Shown here: in pieces, positions 49,301 to 61,439 of the stretch
How the letters are laid out: every line of letters starts with the position of its first letter
Position numbering within the stretch: the first letter of the stretch is position 1
DNA from: an uncultured Actinomycetota bacterium
GTDB taxonomy: Bacteria; Actinomycetota; Actinomycetes; JACCUZ01
DNA: 64,000 nt
Assembly (NCBI GenBank): GCA_963723975.1
Contig: CAVRTI010000024.1
Location: 81,954 to 145,953 of the forward strand
Reading direction: 5' to 3'
Notes under the pieces: model-generated
What the model saw: only the letters and a program-made list of their open reading frames with translations
Databases searched by the model: none
Told to the model about the DNA's origin: nothing
Translations under genes and position numbers: made by a program

Positions 49301-49555
49301 ATGGTCGACGGCCAGCCTGACGGTGACGACGGTGCTGCCCGGGTCCCCCCCGGAGAGGCGTCCGAGGCGCCTCCGACACAGGACGTCGACCCCTATGCCG
49401 TCATCAGCTACCTGCTCGGAGGCGTGATCCTCTACGGCGGCATCGGCTGGCTGCTCGACTGGTGGCTCGGGACCCGCGGCTTCGTCGGTGGCGGCATCGT
49501 GGTGGGGGCAGCCGCCGGAGTCTGGCTCGTGTGGCTCCGGTACAGTAGATCCTGA
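49301..49555 (+). CDS. AtpZ/AtpI-family small membrane protein
   Basis: ...DPYAVISYLLGGVILYGGIGWLLDWWLGTRGFVGGGIVVGAAAGVWLVWL (Pfam ATPase_gene1-like). Confidence 0.65.
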   Translation: MVDGQPDGDDGAARVPPGEASEAPPTQDVDPYAVISYLLGGVILYGGIGWLLDWWLGTRGFVGGGIVVGAAAGVWLVWLRYSRS

Positions 49556-49591
49556 TCCCGCAGCAGTTTTTTCTCAGTTTTCGCACACCTG

Positions 49592-50413
49592 ATGCACCGC
49601 GCCGGAAATGGAGACGCCTTGCACCTGGTCAACGTCGCCCAGGCGGTCGAGGGAGAGGAGTTCCAGGCTCCCGGGCCGAGGGACTTCGAGTTCCCGCCGC
49701 TCTTCGGCGAGGGCACGTTCTTCACCAAGCCGATGCTCATCATCGTGCTCGGCACGCTGCTGATCGCTGTGGTCTTCTACCTGGCCGCGCGCCGCTCGAC
49801 GTTGGTCCCCGCCAAGATGCAGTTCGTCGGCGAAAGCATCTACGGCTTCGTCCGCAACGACATCGTCGGCGACACCATCGGTCGCGAGGGACGCAAGTTC
49901 GTCCCCTACCTCACGACTCTGTTCTGCTTCATCGCCGTGCTCAACGTCGCGGGCATCATCCCGGTGCTCCAGCTGCCGGCCACCGCGAAGATCGCCATCC
50001 CGTTGTTCCTCGCGCTGATCTCCTGGGCGATCTTCAACTACGTCGGCATCCAGCGGCACGGCTTCTACGGCTACTTCAAGGCGATGATGTTCCCGCCGGG
50101 CCTGCCGAAGCTGATCTATGTGCTGCTGGCTCCGCTGGAGTTCTTCTCCACGGTCATCATCCGCCCGATCACGCTCACGCTGCGTCTTACGCTCAACATG
50201 TTCGCCGGGCACCTGGTGCTGCTGCTGACCGTGCTCGGGGGCGAGTACCTCCTCGTCGAGAAGGGCGGGGGGCTGGCGGTGCTGAGTGCGGTGCCGTTCG
50301 CCTTCTCGATCATCCTGACGTTCTTCGAGGCCTTCGTGCAGGTGCTGCAGGCCTACGTGTTCGTCCTGCTCTCTGCCCTCTACATCGCCGGCGCTCTGGC
50401 CGACGACCACTGA
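49592..50413 (+). CDS. atpB: F0F1 ATP synthase subunit a
   Basis: ...[15 protein letters not shown]... contains the essential Arg. An actinobacterial-type N-terminus ([14 protein letters not shown]). The start is approximate. A T-rich tract precedes it. Confidence 0.9.
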   Translation: MHRAGNGDALHLVNVAQAVEGEEFQAPGPRDFEFPPLFGEGTFFTKPMLIIVLGTLLIAVVFYLAARRSTLVPAKMQFVGESIYGFVRNDIVGDTIGREGRKFVPYLTTLFCFIAVLNVAGIIPVLQLPATAKIAIPLFLALISWAIFNYVGIQRHGFYGYFKAMMFPPGLPKLIYVLLAPLEFFSTVIIRPITLTLRLTLNMFAGHLVLLLTVLGGEYLLVEKGGGLAVLSAVPFAFSIILTFFEAFVQVLQAYVFVLLSALYIAGALADDH

Positions 50414-50459
50414 TCTCCACCCTCCTGACCTCAACGTTCCAAAACCGAAGGGACCCACT

Positions 50460-50678
50460 GTGAACGGCGACATCAACGGCAGCCTGAACATGATCGGTTA
50501 CGGCCTCGCTGCCATCGGACCTGGTGTCGGCATCGGGCTGATCTTCGCTGCCTACATCAACGGCGTCGCTCGTCAGCCGGAGGCCCGTGGTGTCCTGCAG
50601 GGCATCGCCATCCTGGGGTTCGCTCTCGCCGAGGCGCTCGCCATCATCGGTATCGGCCTCGCGTTCGTCCTGAAGTGA
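50460..50678 (+). CDS. atpE: F0F1 ATP synthase subunit c
   Basis: [12 protein letters not shown]...[13 protein letters not shown]. Confidence 0.9.
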   Translation: MNGDINGSLNMIGYGLAAIGPGVGIGLIFAAYINGVARQPEARGVLQGIAILGFALAEALAIIGIGLAFVLK

Positions 50679-50682
50679 TCTG

Positions 50683-51285
50683 ATGACCCTCTCCACCCAT
50701 GTGCTGCAGTCGGTGTCGGCTGTCCTCGCTGCCGAGGAGGAGCCGAACCCGCTGCTGCCGCACACGTCCGAGCTGATCGTCGGGGCCATCGCCTTCGCGC
50801 TGCTCTACTTCTTCCTGCGCAAGATGGTCTTCCCGGTCTTCGAGAAGACCTTCGCCGAGCGCCGTGACGCCATCGAGGGCGGCATGGAGCGGGCCAAGGA
50901 GGCCGAGGAGGAGGCGACGGAGACGCTCGCGCAGTATCGCGAGCAGCTCGCCGACGCCCGGCACGAGGCAGCCCGGCTGCGCGAGCAGGCACGCGAGCAG
51001 GGCACCGCGATCATCGCCGAGATGCGCGAGCAGGCGCAGGCCGAGGCGCGCCGGCTCACCGAGCAGGCGCACCAGCAGATCGAGGCCGACAAGGCGCAGG
51101 CGATCAACCAGCTGCGTCAGCAGGTGGGCACGCTGGCCACCGACCTGGCCGGCCGCATCGTGGGCGAGTCGCTGGAGGACGACGCCCGGCAGCGCCGGGT
51201 GGTCGACCGCTTCCTCGAGGAGCTCGAGTCGCGCGCCGATGCCGGTGCGACCTCGGTGACTGACGAGCAGAGCTCTCGGGCATGA
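50683..51285 (+). CDS. atpF: F0F1 ATP synthase subunit b
   Basis: A single N-terminal TM followed by a long charged helix. Confidence 0.9.
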   Translation: MTLSTHVLQSVSAVLAAEEEPNPLLPHTSELIVGAIAFALLYFFLRKMVFPVFEKTFAERRDAIEGGMERAKEAEEEATETLAQYREQLADARHEAARLREQAREQGTAIIAEMREQAQAEARRLTEQAHQQIEADKAQAINQLRQQVGTLATDLAGRIVGESLEDDARQRRVVDRFLEELESRADAGATSVTDEQSSRA

Positions 51286-52113
51286 GCCGGGGCAGCATGC
51301 AGGGCGCGAGCCGAGGGTCCCTCGCGGCCGCCCGCGAGACGCTGGGGACGCTGATCCGCTCCGGTGACTCCGACCTGCTTGCCCTCGGCGACGACCTGTT
51401 CGCCGGCGGCCGCCGTGCTCGACCGGGAGCTCGGTCTGCGGCGCGCGCTCACCGACCCCTCCCGCACCGGTGACGACCGGGCGGGGCTCGCTCGCGCGGT
51501 CTTCGCCGACCGGGTCGGCAGTGCAGCCGTCGACGTCCTCGTGTGGGCGGTCCGGTCCCGCTGGTCCGCGCCGCGCGAGCTCGGTGACGCGGTCGAGCTG
51601 CTGGCCGTCGAGGCGGTCGCTGCCGCGGCCGAGAAGGCCGGCCGCCTCGACACCGTCGAGGACGAGCTGTTCCGGATCAGCCGCATCGTGGCCGGCGCCC
51701 CCGAGCTGCGCACCGCGCTGGCCGATCGTTCGGCCCCTGTCGAGAGCCGCGCAGCGCTCATCGAGGGTCTGCTCGGCGACCGGGTGGCCGAGGAGACCCG
51801 GCGGCTCGTCCGGCAGGCTGTCGTCGCGCCGCGCGGGCGAACGTTCGACCGGGCTGTCGAGGTCTACGGCCAGGTGGCCGCCGAGCTGCGCAGCCGGCTG
51901 ATCGCCACCGTGACGGCTACCGTGCCGCTGACCGAGGAGCAGCGTGGCCGGCTCGCCGACGCCCTGCGCCGCATCTACGGATCCGAGCTGCACCTCAACG
52001 TCCAGCTCGACCCGGACCTCGTGGGCGGCATCCGGGTCGAGATCGGTGACGAGGTCATCGACGGCTCCATGGTGGCCCGCCTCGACGAAGCCCGCCGACG
52101 GCTCGTGGGCTGA
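51282..52113 (+). CDS. atpH: F0F1 ATP synthase subunit delta (long actinobacterial form). An apparent 1-nt insertion lies near 51403-51415
   Basis: An ATGA overlap couples it to atpF. Frame 0 reads MSRGSMQGASRGSLAAARETLGTLIRSGDSDLLALGDDLFA. Frame 1 reads ...VLDRELGLRRALTDPS...OSCP-like C-terminus ...GIRVEIGDEVIDGSMVARLDEARRRLVG. Confidence 0.85.
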
Positions 52114-52188
52114 CCATGAACGACCACGCATCTGACCTGACTCCGCCGCCACCGCGGCACGGACGACACGACGGAAGAGGACTAGACC

Positions 52189-53842
52189 ATGGCCGAGCTC
52201 ACCATCCGGCCGGAGGAGATCCGGGACGCGCTCGAGCGCTTCGTCGCCTCCTACGAGCCTGACGCCGCCGAGCGCGAAGAGGTCGGGCACGTCACCGAGG
52301 CCGGTGACGGCATCGCGCGGATCGAGGGCCTGCCCTCCGCGATGACAAACGAGCTGCTCGAGTTCGAGGACGGCACCCTCGGCCTGGCGCTGAACCTCGA
52401 CGTCGGCGAGATCGGGGCCGTGGTGCTCGGCGAGTTCCGCGGCATCGAGGAGGGCCAGCCGGTTCGCCGTACCGGCGAGATCCTCTCGGTGCCGGTCGGC
52501 GACGGGTACCTCGGCCGGGTCGTCGACCCGCTGGGCAACCCCCTCGACGGCAAGGGGGAGATCGAGTCCTCGGCCCGTCGCGCGCTCGAGACCCAGGCGC
52601 CCTCGGTCGTGCAGCGCCAGGGTGTCAAGGAGCCGCTGCAGACCGGCATCAAGGCCATCGACGCGATGACCGCCATCGGCCGCGGCCAGCGCCAGCTGAT
52701 CATCGGCGACCGCCAGACCGGCAAGACCGCGGTGGCCCTCGACGCGATCATCAACCAGAAGGCGAACTGGGAGTCCGGCGACGTCCAGCGCCAGGTCAAG
52801 TGCATCTACGTCGCCATCGGCCAGAAGGGCTCGACGATCGCGGGCGTCCGCTCCGCGCTCGAGGAGAACGGCGCGCTCGAGTACACGACGATCGTCGCGT
52901 CACCCGCGTCCGACCCGGCCGGCTTCAAGTACCTCGCGCCCTACACCGGCTCGGCCATCGGGCAGCACTGGATGTACGAGGGGCAGCACGTCCTGATCAT
53001 CTTCGACGACCTGTCCAAGCAGGCCGATGCCTACCGTGCCGTCTCGCTCCTGCTGCGGCGCCCGCCGGGCCGCGAGGCCTACCCCGGCGACGTGTTCTAC
53101 CTGCACTCGCGGCTGCTCGAGCGCTGCGCGAAGCTCTCGGACGAGATGGGCGGCGGCTCGATGACCGGCCTGCCGATCATCGAGACCAAGGGCAACGACG
53201 TGTCCGCGTTCATCCCGACCAACTGCATCTCGATCACCGACGGCCAGTGCTTCCTCGAGACGGACCTGTTCAACTCCGGTGTCCGCCCGGCCATCAACGT
53301 CGGTGTCTCGGTGTCCCGGGTCGGCGGCTCGGCACAGGTCAAGGGTCTGCGCAAGGTCGCCGGCAGGCTGCGCCTCGACCTGGCGCAGTACCGCGAGCTG
53401 GAGGCCTTCGCCGCCTTCGGGTCCGACCTGGACGCGGCCTCCAAGTCACAGCTGGCCCGCGGCGCGCGGCTGGTCGAGCTGCTCAAGCAGGGCCAGTACT
53501 CACCGTTCGCCGTCGAGGACCAGATCATCTCGATCTGGGCCGGCACGACCGGCAAGCTCGACGACGTACCCGTCGAGGACATCCGCCGGTTCGAGAGCCG
53601 AGCTGCTCGACTACCTGGGCCGCGAGCACAAGGAGCTCGTCGACGCCCTCGCCGAGACCAAGGAGCTCACCGACGACGCGGTGTCCGGTCTCGAGGACGC
53701 GGTCGACAACTTCAAGAAGGAGTTCGAGACCTCGTCCGGCGAGCTGCTCGTCAACGACGAGCCGGTCGGGGCCATGGACGAGGACGAGGTCGAGCAGGAG
53801 ACCATCAAGAAGCACGTCCGCAAGCCGGCGGCGAAGAAGTAG
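52189..53842 (+). CDS. atpA: F0F1 ATP synthase subunit alpha. An apparent 1-nt insertion lies near 53595-53600
   Basis: A Walker A motif ([10 protein letters not shown]) and full alpha colinearity to ...VEDIRRFES. The true C-terminus ([26 protein letters not shown]...[11 protein letters not shown]) is in the +1 frame. The 863-aa ORF in the track is an artefactual fusion with atpG. Confidence 0.9.
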
Positions 53843-53844
53843 CG

Positions 53845-54780
53845 ATGGGCTCCCAGCTGCGGGTCTACCGCCGACGCATCAGGTCGGTGAACTCGACCAA
53901 GAAGATCACCAAGGCGATGGAGCTGATCGCTGCCTCGCGCATCGTCAAGGCGCAGCAGCGGGTGGCAGCATCCACGCCGTACGCCGAGGCGATCACCCGT
54001 GCCGTCTCGGCGGTGGCGAGCTTCTCCGACGTCGACCACCCGCTGACCGGGTCCGTGCCCGCCACCCAGCAGGACGGGGTCGACGACGGTCCGCCGCGCG
54101 CCGCTCTGCTCCTGCTGACCAGCGACCGCGGCCTGGCCGGTGCCTACTCCTCCAACGCGATCAAGGAGGGCGAGCGGCTGTCCACCCTGCTCCGGGAGAA
54201 CGACAAGGAGGTCGTGCCCTTCCTCGTCGGCCGCAAGGGCGTCGGCTTCTACCGGTTCCGCAACCGCGAGATGGCCGGGGAGTGGACCGGCTTCTCCGAG
54301 AGCCCGACGTACGCCAACGCCAAAGAGGTCGCCGACGCGGTGATCGACGCGTTCCTCACGCCCAACACCGAGGGCGGCGTCGACGAGATCCACATCGTCT
54401 TCACGCAGTTCGTCAGCATGGTCACCCAGAAGACCGTGACCCGGCGGCTGCTGCCGCTGGAGATCGAGGAGACCGAGGAGGAGCCGGAGGGTGGCTCACT
54501 GCCGCTCTACGAGTTCGAGCCGTCGGCAGAGGCGGTGCTCGACGAGCTGCTGCCGCGCTACGTCGAGAGCCGGGTCTACAACGCGCTGCTCCAGTCGGCT
54601 GCCTCCGAGCTCGCGGCCCGCCGTCGGGCGATGAAGTCCGCGACCGACAACGCGACCGAGCTCATCAAGGACTACACACGCAAGGCCAACGCGGCCCGCC
54701 AGGCCGAGATCACCCAAGAGATCAGCGAGATCGTCGGTGGCGCGGAAGCGCTCGCCAGTGCAACTGCCGGGAGTGAGTGA
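53845..54780 (+). CDS. atpG: F0F1 ATP synthase subunit gamma
   Basis: [32 protein letters not shown]... with the conserved C-terminus ...[15 protein letters not shown]. Confidence 0.9.
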   Translation: MGSQLRVYRRRIRSVNSTKKITKAMELIAASRIVKAQQRVAASTPYAEAITRAVSAVASFSDVDHPLTGSVPATQQDGVDDGPPRAALLLLTSDRGLAGAYSSNAIKEGERLSTLLRENDKEVVPFLVGRKGVGFYRFRNREMAGEWTGFSESPTYANAKEVADAVIDAFLTPNTEGGVDEIHIVFTQFVSMVTQKTVTRRLLPLEIEETEEEPEGGSLPLYEFEPSAEAVLDELLPRYVESRVYNALLQSAASELAARRRAMKSATDNATELIKDYTRKANAARQAEITQEISEIVGGAEALASATAGSE

Positions 54781-56623
<1,843 letters not shown>

Positions 56624-56719
56624 CGGCCGGACGTGCCAGCGTCGATCAGCCCGGGGCACCTGATTGCTCTGGTCACACTCCGCCTCCGTTCGTCGCTCGC
56701 CAAGGACGTCGCCGGCCGA

Positions 56720-57153
56720 TGAGTCTGATCGTGCTGCTCGACGTGCTCGCCGCCCTGGTGGCGCTCGCGCTGCTCGCCCTGGGGCTTCTCGTGCTGCGCC
56801 GCCGGGTGGTCACCCGCGCCGGCGGAACGTTCGACTGCAGCCTGCGCCTCGGCGAGGGCAGCTACGGCAAGGGCTGGGTGCTCGGCATCGGCCGCTACTC
56901 GGGTGAGCGCCTGGAGTGGTACCGCGTGTTCTCCTACTCGATGCGTCCGCGCCGGGTGCTCAGCCGCCGGGACCTGCAGGTCGTCGAGCGCCGGGACCCA
57001 CACGGGGCTGAGGCGTTCTCGCTGCTGTCCGGCGCGATGGTCGTCCGCTGCCGGGACGGAGACGGGCCGGTCGAGCTCGCGATGAGCCAGGACACCCTGA
57101 CCGGGTTCCTGGCCTGGGTCGAGTCGTCGCCACCCGGCACGCGCACCACCTGA
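56720..57153 (+). CDS. DUF2550-family membrane protein (Rv1312-like, downstream of atpC)
   Basis: An N-terminal TM (LIVLLDVLAALVALALLALGLLVL) and a conserved position after the atp operon in Actinobacteria. Confidence 0.7.
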
Positions 57154-57166
57154 CCCGGACGCAGCG

Positions 57167-57640
57167 TCAGCGGAGGAAGGTGAACAGCCGCCGTCCCTCT
57201 AGCAGGGGCTGCGAGTCTCCGGTGAACCGGTGCACGCCTACTGACCACCCGACGTCGGCGGGAGCCGTGAAGGACAGCTCGAGGAAGCCGGCCTCGGCGA
57301 ACCAGCGACGAGCCGCGGGCGTGAGGTCCGGCTCCCGCCGGTGGCGGGTCCAGACCACGGTGGCATCGGGCGCGCACAGCTGTGGCAGCGCCGCGACCGT
57401 CCGCGCGGCGTCGTGGCCGCTGATGTTGCCGAGCACTCCGCAGAGCAGCACCAGGTCGGCCGGCGCGGCGCCGATGTAGGCATCGGTGCGGCTCGCGTCG
57501 GCCTGGCGGACCGTGCATCCGGAGAGGCCGGCTTCCGCGTTGAGCATCTGCGCCGGCGACGGCCCGGGACCTGCTCGACGTTCTGATGCGGCGCACGGAC
57601 GGCGGTCGGACGTCCGGGCAACCTGGTCGAGGCTGACGCC
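57167..57640 (-). CDS. Putative small class I SAM-dependent methyltransferase. Motif I is degenerate and the start is uncertain, so it may be a truncated remnant
   Basis: ...[31 protein letters not shown]...[28 protein letters not shown]... resembles MTase motifs I, post-I and II. The upstream text is low-complexity. Confidence 0.35.
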   Translation of the reverse strand, partial: GVSLDQVARTSDRRPCAASERRAGPGPSPAQMLNAEAGLSGCTVRQADASRTDAYIGAAPADLVLLCGVLGNISGHDAARTVAALPQLCAPDATVVWTRHRREPDLTPAARRWFAEAGFLELSFTAPADVGWSVGVHRFTGDSQPLLEGRRLFTFLR

Positions 57641-57654
57641 GTGAGCCGGCGTGC

Positions 57655-58227
57655 TCAGCGGTTGGCGCCCGGCACCCACACGACGTCGCCGACCTCCCGG
57701 TTCGCGTGCCGGGCGAGGACGAACAGCAGGTCCGAGAGGCGGTTCAGGTACTTCGCGGTCAGAGGGTTCACCGTGTCCGGGTGGGTCTCCACTGCCCGCC
57801 AGGTGGCCCGCTCCGCCCGGCGGACGACGGTGCGGGCGACGTGCAGGTGTGCAGCAGCCGTCGTGCCGCCTGCGAGCACGAACGACCGCAGCGGTTCGAG
57901 GTCGGCGTTGAATCGGTCGATCTCCCGCTCGAGGGTGTCGACCTGTTCCTGGATGACCCGCAGCGGTGGGTACTTCGGGTCGGTCTCGATCGGGGTGCAC
58001 AGGTCCGCGCCCACGTCGAAAAGGTCGTTCTGCACCCTGGTCAGCACGGCCGAGACGTCGGTGCTCAGAGACCCGGAAGCCAGCGCGACACCGAGGAAAG
58101 CGCCCGCCTCGTCGCAGTCGGCGTACGCCTCGAGTCGGGGGTCGTTCTTGCTGATGCGCCCCCGCCCGCCGTAGCCCGTGGAGCCGTCGTCACCGGTGCG
58201 GGTGTAGATGCGGGTGAGGTTGACCAT
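57655..58227 (-). CDS. pduO: Cob(I)yrinic acid a,c-diamide / cob(I)alamin adenosyltransferase (PduO-type)
   Basis: [40 protein letters not shown]... Confidence 0.85.
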   Translation of the reverse strand: MVNLTRIYTRTGDDGSTGYGGRGRISKNDPRLEAYADCDEAGAFLGVALASGSLSTDVSAVLTRVQNDLFDVGADLCTPIETDPKYPPLRVIQEQVDTLEREIDRFNADLEPLRSFVLAGGTTAAAHLHVARTVVRRAERATWRAVETHPDTVNPLTAKYLNRLSDLLFVLARHANREVGDVVWVPGANR

Positions 58228-58250
58228 GCCCGCGACTCTACGATGCCCCG

Positions 58251-59538
58251 CATGGAGAGGTTCCGTGTCGTCGGTGGTGCCCGGCTCGCCGGGGCGGTCA
58301 GGGTCACCGGCGCGAAGAACAGCGTGCTCAAGGTGATGGCCGCCGCGCTGCTGGCCGAGGGCCGTACGACGTTGACCGACGTGCCGCACATCCTCGACGT
58401 CGAGATCATGGGCGAGCTGCTGCGGCGGCTGGGCTGCTCCGTCGACTACGACCCGGACACGGCGACGGTCGTGATCGACGTGCCCGCCGACCTCGGGCAC
58501 CAGGCCGACTACGACCTGGTACGCCGGATCCGCGCCTCGATCTGCGTCCTCGGCCCTCTGATCGCCCGCTGCGGCCGCGCCGAGGTCGCCATCCCGGGCG
58601 GCGACGCCATCGGCTCCCGGCCCCTCGACTTCCACATGGCCGGGCTGACCAAGCTCGGCGCGGAGCTCGACAACGAGCACGGCTACATCGTGGCCCGGGC
58701 GCCGCACGGCCTGACCGGTGCGACCGTCTGGCTGGACTTCCCGAGCGTCGGAGCCACCGAGAACGTCCTGATGGCCGGCGTGCTCGCGTCGGGCACCACC
58801 GTCATCGACAACGCGGCCCGCGAGCCGGAGATCGTCGACCTCTGCCAGATGCTGCAGCAGATGGGCGCCAAGCTCGACGGCATCGGTACGTCGACCCTGA
58901 GCATCGAGGGCGTCGACCGGCTCTCGCCGACCACGCACGAGATCGTGCCCGACCGCATCGTGGCGGGCACCTGGGCCTTCGCCGCGGCGATGACCCAGGG
59001 AGACATCACCGTGCATCACGCGCGGCCCGCCCACCTGGAGATCGCGCTGGACAAGCTGGCGACCTGCGGCGCGGTCGTCGAGGGCACCGACGACGGGTTC
59101 CGCGTCGTGATGGAGCGTCGGCCGACCGCCGTTGATGCCGTGACCCTGCCCTACCCGGGACTGGCGACCGACCTCCAGCCACTGGTGATGGCGTTGAACT
59201 CGATCGCCGACGGTGCCGCGATGATCACCGAGAACATCTTCGAGGGCCGGTTCGTGTTCGCCAGCGAGCTGGCCCGGCTCGGCGCGCACGTGCGCACCGA
59301 TGGCCACCACGCGGTGGTGCGGGGCGTGCCCCGGCTCTCCGGCGCCCCGGTGCGGGCCAGCGACATCCGGGCCGGCGCCGCACTGACCCTGGCCGGGCTG
59401 GTGGGGGAGGGGGTCACCCACGTGAGCGACATCTTCCACGTCGACCGCGGCTACCCCGGGTTCGACACGGCACTGCGGCACCTCGGCGCCGACGTCACCC
59501 GGGAGCCCGATCCGGACGCCGTGTACGACGACCGCTGA
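58251..59538 (+). CDS. murA: UDP-N-acetylglucosamine 1-carboxyvinyltransferase
   Basis: [27 protein letters not shown]..., the catalytic Cys region ([10 protein letters not shown]) and full-length EPSP-synthase fold. Confidence 0.9.
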
Positions 59539-59556
59539 GCGAGCGCGCACTCGTGC

Positions 59557-59724
59557 TCAGGAGGACGCGAGCAGCCGCCGGGCGGCGGACTCCTGCTCGC
59601 GCAGCACCATCAGCCGGGGTCCCTCGGTGGTGGTGACCAGCTGCGCCCGGATGCCTGCGCTGGCCAGCCGCTGCCTGGACACCTCGCCCTCGATGAAGGT
59701 GCCCGGGGAGGCGATCGAGACCAT
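59557..59724 (-). CDS. Small DUF2007-like protein (putative)
   Basis: MVSIASPGTFIEGEVSRQRLASAGIRAQLVTTTEGPRLMVLREQESAARRLLASS resembles the 'putative signal transducing protein' fold pattern. The call is weak. Confidence 0.3.
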   Translation of the reverse strand: MVSIASPGTFIEGEVSRQRLASAGIRAQLVTTTEGPRLMVLREQESAARRLLASS

Positions 59725-59909
59725 CAGCCCGTAGTGTCGGTGCCGCCTGCGCTCGGGCGCCGCTCGACGAGCGACCGCTTCCGACCGCCGTACGCCCAGC
59801 GCAGGAGGAGGGCGAGCACACCCACCACCGCGACCGAGGTCATCAGCGCGATCCAGTCCGGCACCCGGCCAGTCTCGCCCATCGAGTCGCCCGGTTAGGC
59901 TCCCGGCCC

Positions 59910-60767
59910 ATGACTGGAACAACGCTTGCCGTCGTCGGGGCCGGGCTGATGGGTTCCGGCATCGCCCAGGTGGCCGCCGTCGCGGGGCACGACGTGGTGC
60001 TGCGCGACGTGACCGACGAGGCGCTCGGCAAGGGCCGCGCCGCCATCGAGAAGTCACTGACCCGGTTCGTGGCCAAGGGAACCCTCGAGCAGGACGACGC
60101 CGAGTCCGCCCTGGCGCGGATCACCACCACCACCGACCTCGAGGCCGTCGCCTCGGCGGACCTCGTGGTCGAGGCGGCGTTCGAGAGCATCGAGGTGAAG
60201 CGAGAGATCTTCCGCGAGCTGGACCGGATCTGCCGGGACGGCGCCGTGCTGGGCACCAACACCAGCGCGATCCCGATCACCCAGATCGCGTCGGTGACCG
60301 AGCGCCCCGAAGCGGTCGTCGGCATGCACTTCTTCTCGCCGGTGCCGATGATGGCGCTCTGCGAGCTGGTGCGCGGCTACAAGACCAGCGACGAGACCCT
60401 GGCCACCGCGCGGGCGTTCGCCGAGTCGGTCGGCAAGACCTGCGTCGTGGTCAACCGGGATGTCGCCGGCTTCGTGACCACCCGGCTGATCTGCGCGCTG
60501 GCGATGGAGGCGATCCGGCTGGTCGAGACCGGGGTCGCCTCCGCCGAGGACATCGACACCGCGTGCAAGCTCGGCTTCGGCCACGCCATGGGCCCGCTGG
60601 CCACCACCGACCTCACCGGGGTCGACATCCTGCGCGATGCGAGCATGAACATCTACACCGACACCGCGGACGAGAAGTTCTTCCCGCCGGAGTCGCTGTC
60701 CCGGATGGTCGCCGCGGGTGACCTCGGCCGCAAGTCCGGCCGCGGCTTCTACACCTACGACGCCTGA
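59910..60767 (+). CDS. 3-hydroxybutyryl-CoA / 3-hydroxyacyl-CoA dehydrogenase
   Basis: LAVVGAGLMGSGIAQVAA (NAD-binding) and a catalytic His/Glu region (HFFSPVPMMALCELV). Confidence 0.9.
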   Translation: MTGTTLAVVGAGLMGSGIAQVAAVAGHDVVLRDVTDEALGKGRAAIEKSLTRFVAKGTLEQDDAESALARITTTTDLEAVASADLVVEAAFESIEVKREIFRELDRICRDGAVLGTNTSAIPITQIASVTERPEAVVGMHFFSPVPMMALCELVRGYKTSDETLATARAFAESVGKTCVVVNRDVAGFVTTRLICALAMEAIRLVETGVASAEDIDTACKLGFGHAMGPLATTDLTGVDILRDASMNIYTDTADEKFFPPESLSRMVAAGDLGRKSGRGFYTYDA

Positions 60768-60819
60768 CCTCTGGGGCTGCCTCCCTTCCCGTTCGCCTCG
60801 CCCCGCCTCGCCCCGCGCC

Positions 60820-60905
60820 GTTGATCACGTCAGCGTGATCACCCGCCGCTGGGTGCGGCATGCACGCCGCACCCAGCAACCGTTGATCACGCCAGCGTGA
60901 TCAAC
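60820..60905. repeat. Triple-hairpin palindromic intergenic repeat element, copy 2, preceded by a GCCTCGCCCC x2 tandem
   Basis: GTTGATCACGtcaGCGTGATCAc (60820-60842) + CTGGGTGCGG-catgcacg-CCGCACCCAG (60849-60876) + GTTGATCACGccaGCGTGATCAAC (60882-60905). Confidence 0.65.
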
Positions 60906-60920
60906 GTGTGGCCGAGCGGG

Positions 60921-60965
60921 GGAGTCACTGGAGTCACAGAGGTCACAAAAGTCACAGGAGTCACA
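60921..60965. repeat. Five tandem copies of a 9-bp unit containing GTCAC
   Basis: gagtcactg / gagtcacag / aggtcacaa / aagtcacag / gagtcacag. GTCAC recurs at an exact 9-bp period from 60924 to 60964. Confidence 0.6.
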
Positions 60966-61073
60966 GCGTGGCGCCGCGTCGTGCCCAGGGTCAGGCTCTA
61001 CGGTCGGAACGCGTGACCGACGGGGCAACCTGGCACCGCCTTCGCGCGTCTGACCTTCCGAGGAGGTGACCAG

Positions 61074-61390
61074 ATGGTCGTCGACATGGCGAGCGGGCAG
61101 GAGATCGCGCTGTCCGGCCGGCTGGACGTGAGCGCAGTGGCCGAGGTGCGCGCCGCGCTGCACGACGCCCTGGACGCCGGTTCCGGCGACCTGGTGGTCG
61201 ACCTGGCCGGCGTCGAGGTCATCGACGCGACCGGTCTGGGTGTCCTGCTCGGGGCCGACCGCCGGGCCAAGCTGCTGGACCGCCGGATCGTCCTGCGCGA
61301 CGCGGCTCCCCCGCGTCCGTGCGGATCCTGCGGGTCACCCGGCTGCACCGGGTGCTCACCCTCGATGCCCCGGTCGGCGCCACCGTCTGA
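61074..61390 (+). CDS. STAS-domain anti-sigma factor antagonist. An apparent 1-nt insertion lies near 61305-61312
   Basis: MVVDMASGQEIALSGRLDVSAVAEVRAALHDALDAGSGDLVVDLAGVEVIDATGLGVLLGADRRAKLLDRRIVLRDAAPP, then the +1 frame VRILRVTRLHRVLTLDAPVGATV*. Confidence 0.7.
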
Positions 61391-61439
61391 GCCGCCACCC
61401 GCGGCCCCGGCCGGTGTTACCCGCCGGTAGGCTCCGGCC

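Noticed and set aside
52189-54780. 863-aa ORF suggesting an atpA-atpG fusion
   Set aside because: The alpha subunit C-terminus continues in the +1 frame (53279..53842) and ends at a stop 2 nt before the atpG ATG. The long ORF is a by-product of a 1-nt insertion plus an open GC-rich frame.
57238-57621. 127-aa ORF overlapping the putative methyltransferase
   Set aside because: R/S/P-rich off-frame translation. The adjacent frame carries methyltransferase-like motifs.
60921-60965. Possible CRISPR array
   Set aside because: The repeat unit is only 9 bp with no spacers and there are no cas genes, so it is a short tandem repeat and not a CRISPR.
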